Assembly: GCA_963674735.2 (NCBI GenBank)
Contig: CAXXQS010000002.1
Span: forward strand, 1,472,001 to 1,536,000
Source of the DNA: Myxococcota bacterium
GTDB lineage: Bacteria > Myxococcota_A > SURF-8
DNA length: 64,000 nucleotides
Direction of reading: 5' to 3'
Positions 58,214-64,000 of this stretch are shown piece by piece. A program made the translations under genes and the position numbers. The stretch's first letter is position 1. Each line of letters begins with the position of its first letter. Below the pieces are notes generated by a model, which was given only the letters and a program-made list of their open reading frames with translations, was not told the origin of the DNA and made no database searches.

Positions 58214-58356
58214 CCCCTGGTGATGAATGGAACGATTCCTCGCTCAGAGTCTAAATTCATTTTTGCGCCAAGTGTAAACGGTCGATGACCGGAGCATACC
58301 GAATTCAAGTGTGTCCGTCAAAACAATCGCATTCACAAAAAATAGAGTATGAATAA

Positions 58357-60816
58357 TCACCGCACACACCTGATCCCGGCGACTTCGGTCTTTGTCTTGT
58401 CCACGGTCTGTCCCGTCTCGAAGTCGACCGCCTTCGCGTATCGTGGTTCGTAGGGGTCGGATGTCGACGACCAGAACACTTCCGACGGCATGGACGGGAA
58501 GGTGGACGCCGGATCGTATTCGTTGAACTTCACGATGGACCATAGTTCCTTGACGTTCGGAAGTCGCCAGTCGGTGTAACCGCCGATCGTCGCCGACTCG
58601 CAATAGGACAGGGTGTCTTCCCACGAATAGTCGGTCGGATCGATCGATGGCCATCGCTGCCAGTGAAGACCAGTTCCCAAGTCGAAGATCACGGAACTTT
58701 GATAGACATACCGGGACTCGAAACCGGCTTCCGACCACGACGGATGGTTTCGGACACATCGGACATTGAACCCTGTGTCACGATCGGACCACCCCAACGC
58801 GCCCGATCCTGTGTTCACGAACCACCCATAGCCTTCGTACCAGGACGAATCGACCACGGTCGACGTCCAGAAAACACCACCCGAATCCGGGAACGCCACC
58901 GGGTCCAAACTCTTTGATCCGCCGAATTCCAGAAGGGTGATCCATTCGTGGGCGGTCGGAAGTTTCCAGTCCGAATATCCGGCATAAGTCAGACCGCTAC
59001 AGAACGAAACGGCGTCCGACCTGGACATGGTCGACGTCGCCGAAATCTGCGTCCAGACGAATCCGGTCACGCTTTCGACCACCACCGGGTCGCCCATCAC
59101 GGTTTCCACATAGATCGCCCGTGGAATGTCCTGATACTGCCCGTCCTGGCCGCAATATTGGGTAATGCTACAGGCCGACCCACCGGCCTCGCCCGGACAG
59201 GGAATCCGATACCATTCGCCATAACAGGCGGTCTGACCGGTCGGCGTCACCGGCCACAGACCTTCGGACCGTTCCGTCGCCTCGAATCCGCCACAGTTCG
59301 GATAGACACCCGGTGCGCCTTCCTCGCACTGTCCACAGTCCGATCCCGTGAAGTTGTCCAGACAGTCGCATCCCCCGGTGTCCGGAAGACAGACCCCGTG
59401 CCCCTCGCAACCGACCGCCCAAGTTCGCTCACAGGAACCGTCCAGACACACGTTCGGACCGGTACACAGACCGTCGTTTCCGCACGGTGTGTCGTCCGGG
59501 GAATCGACGACCGAACATCCCCCTTCGCCGTCGCACTCGCTCGATTCCTGGCATTCCGCAGGGGCGCAGGAATAGGGGATCGCCCCCTGACACACACCTT
59601 CCGAATCGCAATAGTCCGCCTTCGTGCAGGGATTTCCGTCGTCGCACTCCGAATACGTTTCCTTCGGAACCCATTCGTTCGAAGCCGAATCGCACTTTTG
59701 ACACGAATCATCGGGGTTCCATTGTCCATCGGCGAAACAGGTGTCGCCGATCAAACACATCGTTTCGATCCGATCGTGAAGACAAATTCCCGATCCGTCG
59801 CAGTGGTCGTCGGTACAGTCCTTTCCGTCCGATTCGCATGAAGTCGCGTTGTCCGGGAAGGCGACCACACAGGTATTCGATCCGTCACAACTCCGATCGG
59901 CTCCGCATATCCCCGGACCATCTTCACAAACGATCGGTGTTCCGCCACAGGTTCCACCATCGCAATGATCGCCATAAGTACAGGGATCGGAGTCGTTGCA
60001 GGTTTCCGATTCGGGCTTCGAGGCCCATCCATTCGTTTCCGAATCGCACCATCGGCATTCGTTGTCCGGATGGTTTTCATGATGGACATAACAGGTTCCG
60101 CCGATCAGGCAGAATCCATCCTGGATCGGATGGACGCAATCGTGGTCCGCATCGCACACATCATCGGTACAAGAGAAATCGTCCGTTTCTTGAAGACAGT
60201 CCGATCCGACCGACAACCATTCTCCTTCCGAACAACATGGTCCACCCTCGCATTCGGGTGGATCGGTTTCTTCTGGATCTTGGTCTTCGTCGACGGATTC
60301 TTCCGACTCCGTGTCCGGTTCCGGGTCTGGATCGACGTCTGGATCGGCTTCGATCTCGGAATCTTCTTCCCGCTCCGGGTCCGGATCGCTATCGACCCGA
60401 TCCGTGTCCCCTTCATCCGACTCCGAATCCAGATCACCATCGGGGGAAGAATCTTCATCGTTCTCAAAACCCCCGTTTTCGGAATCCCCTTCAAGATCGC
60501 CGTCGGTATCGTTGACATCGTCAAGATCCGACTCCGACAATTCCACTTCATCGAATTCGCCTTCTGACGATCGATCGTCGTCAGGGGTATCCAGATCCCC
60601 GTCCAAACCCGGATCGTCGCTCACACAGGCATTCTGACGGCATTTCAGGCCATCGACGCACGTTCCGTCGTCGTAACAAGGACACCCTTCCGTTCCGGCT
60701 GGACACGACTCGTCAAGATCGCCGTCTGAAGACGGACTACCGACCTGCGAAGACCCGGAACATGAATACATTCCGAGAAGAATCAATAGGGATAGGATCG
60801 AAAGGTATTTCGTCAT
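58357..60816 (-). CDS. Lipoprotein with DGD linker, Cys repeats and two DUF1566 (Lcl-like) domains
   Basis: Lipobox GMYS-C, DGDLD repeats, CDDGNPCT repeats, TGQTACY..GQDGQY, two 'TGL.W...GY.DW.LP...E...FW.ST...RCVR' units. Confidence 0.85.
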   Translation of the reverse strand: MTKYLSILSLLILLGMYSCSGSSQVGSPSSDGDLDESCPAGTEGCPCYDDGTCVDGLKCRQNACVSDDPGLDGDLDTPDDDRSSEGEFDEVELSESDLDDVNDTDGDLEGDSENGGFENDEDSSPDGDLDSESDEGDTDRVDSDPDPEREEDSEIEADPDVDPDPEPDTESEESVDEDQDPEETDPPECEGGPCCSEGEWLSVGSDCLQETDDFSCTDDVCDADHDCVHPIQDGFCLIGGTCYVHHENHPDNECRWCDSETNGWASKPESETCNDSDPCTYGDHCDGGTCGGTPIVCEDGPGICGADRSCDGSNTCVVAFPDNATSCESDGKDCTDDHCDGSGICLHDRIETMCLIGDTCFADGQWNPDDSCQKCDSASNEWVPKETYSECDDGNPCTKADYCDSEGVCQGAIPYSCAPAECQESSECDGEGGCSVVDSPDDTPCGNDGLCTGPNVCLDGSCERTWAVGCEGHGVCLPDTGGCDCLDNFTGSDCGQCEEGAPGVYPNCGGFEATERSEGLWPVTPTGQTACYGEWYRIPCPGEAGGSACSITQYCGQDGQYQDIPRAIYVETVMGDPVVVESVTGFVWTQISATSTMSRSDAVSFCSGLTYAGYSDWKLPTAHEWITLLEFGGSKSLDPVAFPDSGGVFWTSTVVDSSWYEGYGWFVNTGSGALGWSDRDTGFNVRCVRNHPSWSEAGFESRYVYQSSVIFDLGTGLHWQRWPSIDPTDYSWEDTLSYCESATIGGYTDWRLPNVKELWSIVKFNEYDPASTFPSMPSEVFWSSTSDPYEPRYAKAVDFETGQTVDKTKTEVAGIRCVR

Positions 60817-60995
60817 GGGCGCACCTGCCAGAATTCAGAGTTAAAAAAAGGGCGACGTGCAGCCAGGCGAGCCCACCACACGCGCCCCCCTGAAGAGCGC
60901 GCGCGGGTGCCACCCACGCACGGTACAGGTGCGCTGTGACTCGCCTGTTTGTCTGTCCGATCGGATTCGATCCTTCCCGATCACGGTTGGCTAGA
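60817..60995 (-). promoter_or_regulatory. Structured 5' leader (attenuator-like)
   Basis: Terminator-like hairpin + U7 at 60843-60890; crossing inverted repeats 60819-27/60926-34 and 60864-71/60940-47. Confidence 0.55.
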
Positions 60996-61117
60996 CCGCC
61001 GGTCCCTTCAGGGACAGGGAAGAAACGGATTCGACGAACATTTGGAGTATATCAGGGAAGGTATGGAAGGCAAACGGAAATCTGGAACAATACAAACGGT
61101 CCCTATCGTTTGAGATT

Positions 61118-61405
61118 TTAGATGGGATTTTCGTCTTGGTGAAGGTGATAAGGAGTCAACACCAAAGAGTACTTGTACCGAGTTGCACCGGCTCTCTCGG
61201 CGGATGAAACAATGGCCTTTTTGCAGTATTCGAGCACATCATCGTATTCCTGGCCAAGACCGGGACTATAGGCGTATGCCATTGATTTGTCAGCACAACG
61301 GTTCAGACCCGAATGAGCCATTATGTTGTCAAATTCTTTTTCAATATAGTTCCCATCAAGGTCAATCACTATCAGAACGGTTAGATCATCTTGTGACGGC
61401 ATCAT
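61118..61405 (-). CDS. Hypothetical protein
   Basis: 95-aa ORF with AAGGAG RBS, same strand as its neighbours. Confidence 0.6.
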   Translation of the reverse strand: MMPSQDDLTVLIVIDLDGNYIEKEFDNIMAHSGLNRCADKSMAYAYSPGLGQEYDDVLEYCKKAIVSSAERAGATRYKYSLVLTPYHLHQDENPI

Positions 61406-61457
61406 TCTACTCCTTGAATTTCTAATTCTATGTAGTCTGAATTATCTCATACCATGT

Positions 61458-61712
61458 TCAATACATCAACTCGAAACCACCTCCTTCTTCTTCCTGCCAT
61501 TGTTCGGCGACCGACTTCGCCTCTTTCAAAGTCGGGATCACTGCGGACTTATGGATCTTCGTATCTCCATCGTCGGCCATGAACATCTTCATGATTCCAT
61601 ATCCGCGACCGGATTCGTACCGACCCTTTTTCGTTCCCAGAACGATGCTCAGAGTTCCCCCCGAAACATCTTTCCGAAAGATCTTCAAGTCCGGGTCTGG
61701 CATGGAAGTCAT
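61458..61712 (-). CDS. Hypothetical protein
   Basis: 84-aa ORF with AAGGA RBS. Confidence 0.55.
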   Translation of the reverse strand: MTSMPDPDLKIFRKDVSGGTLSIVLGTKKGRYESGRGYGIMKMFMADDGDTKIHKSAVIPTLKEAKSVAEQWQEEEGGGFELMY

Positions 61713-61817
61713 CGATAGATCCTTTCCGAAAACAGGTCATGAAATCATGGTTCGATCGTATCCGCAGAAACCGAGTTCGGCAACGCGAAAGGCGAAAGCG
61801 AGCTTGGAATTGACGCT

Positions 61818-61985
61818 ACACACGTTCACCACAAGTGGTATATGTAGAGTCCGATCGACCTTACACGTTCCCCACACGTGCGGTATACCCTCTGATCGAT
61901 TTACGTTGCACGAACGTTGCACGAACGGTACACCCCTTTTCCGGTTTTTCCTTGCACAAGCATTGCACATGTTCACCACACCCCA
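61818..61985. repeat. Short degenerate direct repeats downstream of rep (candidate origin)
   Basis: acacgttcaccaca / acacgttccccaca / acatgttcaccaca; cgttgcacgaa twice in tandem; ggtataccc / ggtacaccc. Confidence 0.55.
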
Positions 61986-62039
61986 TCCTTGACTATATCC
62001 CAGCAAATATCTGTAATCATTGGTATATTCACGATATTG

Positions 62040-62741
62040 TCATTCCTGGCCGATCAGTCGTCCCGTTCCCCAGGCGATCAGAAGTTTTCGGTGTTTGATC
62101 GCCATGATTATTTCATTCAATTTCCGAAGGGAATCGGGGGTCGGCTCCGTGGGTGTCGGACACCATGTTTCTTTCTTCGTGATGTAATCCGCCAGTTGTT
62201 TTAATCTTCGAAGGTCGACCTGGGGATCGGTGTGGTATTCGAATCGACCTGTCCAGTTCGTCCCCGAAATCCGTGTATACTTCCCCCATGACTCTTTCAA
62301 GAAATCCGTATCGATTCCCTGATCGTCCAGGATCAGATGTGCATGTACGAGCCAAAATCCCGTCGTTTCATCATACTTCACTTCCAGGGCCGATACTCCA
62401 CCTGGGACGTGGGACTTGAACTCGACACGATGACGGATCTTCAACAATGAATCTCGGAACAGGGTGATCGCCCTCGCCAAGTCATACATCTTCGAAACGG
62501 AAACGAGGAAGGCGACCGAGTTGTCGAACTGTCTTATCGCCATCTGAACGTGGGCCGAGTTCCTTTCCGCGATGATTCCAGCACAGGTTGGACACATTCT
62601 TTGTTTACACAGCGTCGTGTGAGGATATCCGAGATAAAAGTTTTTCGTTCCACAGTTCAGGATTCTTCCGGCCAATTCCCTATAACCGAGTTCTTCCAGT
62701 TCTTTCGATCTTGCCTCTTGCAGGTCTGGATTGAATATCAT
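62040..62741 (-). CDS. rep: Rolling-circle replication initiator (HUH, Rep_1/pC194-like)
   Basis: CKQRMCPTC Zn motif, GGVSALEV, HUH motif WLVHAHLIL, YxxK motif LADYITK, RKLLIAWG. Confidence 0.82.
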   Translation of the reverse strand: MIFNPDLQEARSKELEELGYRELAGRILNCGTKNFYLGYPHTTLCKQRMCPTCAGIIAERNSAHVQMAIRQFDNSVAFLVSVSKMYDLARAITLFRDSLLKIRHRVEFKSHVPGGVSALEVKYDETTGFWLVHAHLILDDQGIDTDFLKESWGKYTRISGTNWTGRFEYHTDPQVDLRRLKQLADYITKKETWCPTPTEPTPDSLRKLNEIIMAIKHRKLLIAWGTGRLIGQE

Positions 62742-62797
62742 GTCAGGAACTTTCTTTTTATGGTGGTCAATGATCTAAGGGTGAACGAGATCCGATC

Positions 62798-63001
62798 CTA
62801 CTCGGAGTCGGAGTCTTCCGCGTTCTGTGGCATGACATGTCGTTGTTTGATCCAGTCTTCGAGTTCTTCCAGATCGAAACGAACGGTTCGACTGTTCAAT
62901 CGGTAGTGGGGAATCTGTTTCTTACAGACCATAGAATACAGGGTAGGCTTTTTGAATCCGAAGATTTGGGTCACTTCGTCATAGGTCGCATATTTCTTCA
63001 T
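62798..63001 (-). CDS. Excisionase/AlpA-like HTH protein
   Basis: TYDEV...GFKKPTLYSMV...IPHYRL...VRFDLEELEDWI; AAGGAG RBS. Confidence 0.88.
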   Translation of the reverse strand: MKKYATYDEVTQIFGFKKPTLYSMVCKKQIPHYRLNSRTVRFDLEELEDWIKQRHVMPQNAEDSDSE

Positions 63002-63097
63002 GGGATCTCCTTTCCACGTGATGGCTGGACAAGGTCCAGAAAACTAATCGTGTTAGGAGTAGATCATGAAGGAGAGGATTACAGGAGGGTCACTGAA

Positions 63098-63982
63098 TCA
63101 CCATTTACTTCTTTTATTGCGTTTCTTACGACATTTCTCTGAACATATTGTGGACGGACTGGCACTGTCGGGATCATTAGATCTCTGAAAAACGGGGGTT
63201 CCACATACCTGGCATAGAGTGGGAATTTGAGGATCGGTGAATCGAGGAACATAATTGAACTTTCCACCGAATTCGTTCGGGTCATCTTTTGAAGGCCAAC
63301 GAGTGACAGGATCTTGTTTATCCAATAAATCAGCCAGGGTCAATTTGCCTTCCTTGTAAAGTCTCCGAATTCTTTCTTCTTCAGGATACTCAAACCCAGG
63401 ATCCGATTCATCCTTCATAAGCCAGTTCCAGAGACGAGCTATATTCTCGATGAAGTTATGGAACAATCTGTATCTTTGGGCCTCCCATCGGCCTGTGATT
63501 TTACCAAATAGGATCAGTTCGATCCTGGTTGGATCTCCAGAACGGACCACCATATCAGAAAGGATCAAGCTCCTTTCCTCTTCTTCGGTCAACCCTCTTA
63601 CTTGGGCATATAGATGGAAACAGTCGAGAACCAGTGGGATCAATCGAGATGCCACACCTGCGGCTATGTCCATGTCCTTCGATCCATCGACTATGGGTGA
63701 TCTGCGATCACGAAGAGACAATTCCCGGATCTGTGATCGCAGCGAAGCCCTAAGATAGTGATCTCGGATAAACTCCTTTTTCGGTATGTATGGCTCATAC
63801 CCTGTGTGTAAATTGTCTTTGAAGTCGATTTCGTGATCGGACACCACTGGTTCGAAAGGATGTTCACCTTCTTCTAGTTTCGACCTCGTTCCATCGATTG
63901 ACTTTTTCAATCCACAGTACGCCAAGAACTCTCTTACGATTACACTTCCGGCATCGACGATGGATCCTCGTTCGTCTTTCAT
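63098..63982 (-). CDS. Hypothetical protein with C-terminal CGNR-like zinc finger
   Basis: CQVC...CSEKCRKK; the true start may lie beyond the window edge. Confidence 0.6.
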   Translation of the reverse strand: MKDERGSIVDAGSVIVREFLAYCGLKKSIDGTRSKLEEGEHPFEPVVSDHEIDFKDNLHTGYEPYIPKKEFIRDHYLRASLRSQIRELSLRDRRSPIVDGSKDMDIAAGVASRLIPLVLDCFHLYAQVRGLTEEEERSLILSDMVVRSGDPTRIELILFGKITGRWEAQRYRLFHNFIENIARLWNWLMKDESDPGFEYPEEERIRRLYKEGKLTLADLLDKQDPVTRWPSKDDPNEFGGKFNYVPRFTDPQIPTLCQVCGTPVFQRSNDPDSASPSTICSEKCRKKRNKRSKW

Positions 63983-64000
63983 CGATATTTTCGGGTTGGA

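Larger units (their letters stand above)
50900..64000. mobile_element. tRNA-Thr-integrated element; continues past the window end
   Basis: Integrase immediately after the tRNA 3' end, compositional shift, defence cargo, Rep and excisionase. No second att copy was found in the window. Confidence 0.88.

Noticed and set aside
61860-61892. gttccccacacgtgcgg resembling a type I-E CRISPR repeat
   Set aside because: Partial single match; neighbouring repeats are short, degenerate and irregularly spaced.
51044-64000. Interpretation as a tailed prophage
   Set aside because: No terminase, capsid, tail or lysis genes in the visible part; cannot be excluded beyond the window.

Overview
A GC-rich bacterial chromosome segment, most consistent with a Myxococcota/deltaproteobacterial lineage (Cys-rich surface lipoproteins, a MYXO-CTERM-like tail, multi-DsbA). 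About 1-50.9 kb is core or semi-core chromosome: rnj-HAD-lemA-htpX, dtd, a triple-DsbA gene, rplU-rpmA, M23-ftsK-lolA-fxsA, a GNAT/macrodomain operon and a 9-gene arsenic operon. Scattered through it is a family of large surface proteins with acidic 'DGDxD' linkers. Notable non-coding structure: a triple perfect DnaA-box cluster with no dnaA nearby (12.45 kb), a ~199-bp MITE inserted beside a terminator, and REPIN-like palindromes. An apparent ~13-kb inversion (about 21.7-34.9/35.4 kb) has duplicated breakpoints (89-bp and 15-bp inverted repeats), reversed strand skew, a scrambled gene at one end and IS debris at the other. From tRNA-Thr(CGT) at 50.82 kb to the window end lies a GpC-depleted integrative element. 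It carries a tyrosine integrase, a Vsr + GHKL-ATPase/nuclease + C5-methyltransferase module, a candidate HEPN/propeller-TPR/Zn-ribbon defence trio, a DGD lipoprotein behind an attenuator-like leader, a rolling-circle HUH Rep and an excisionase. All calls come from manual motif reading; no database searches were run.
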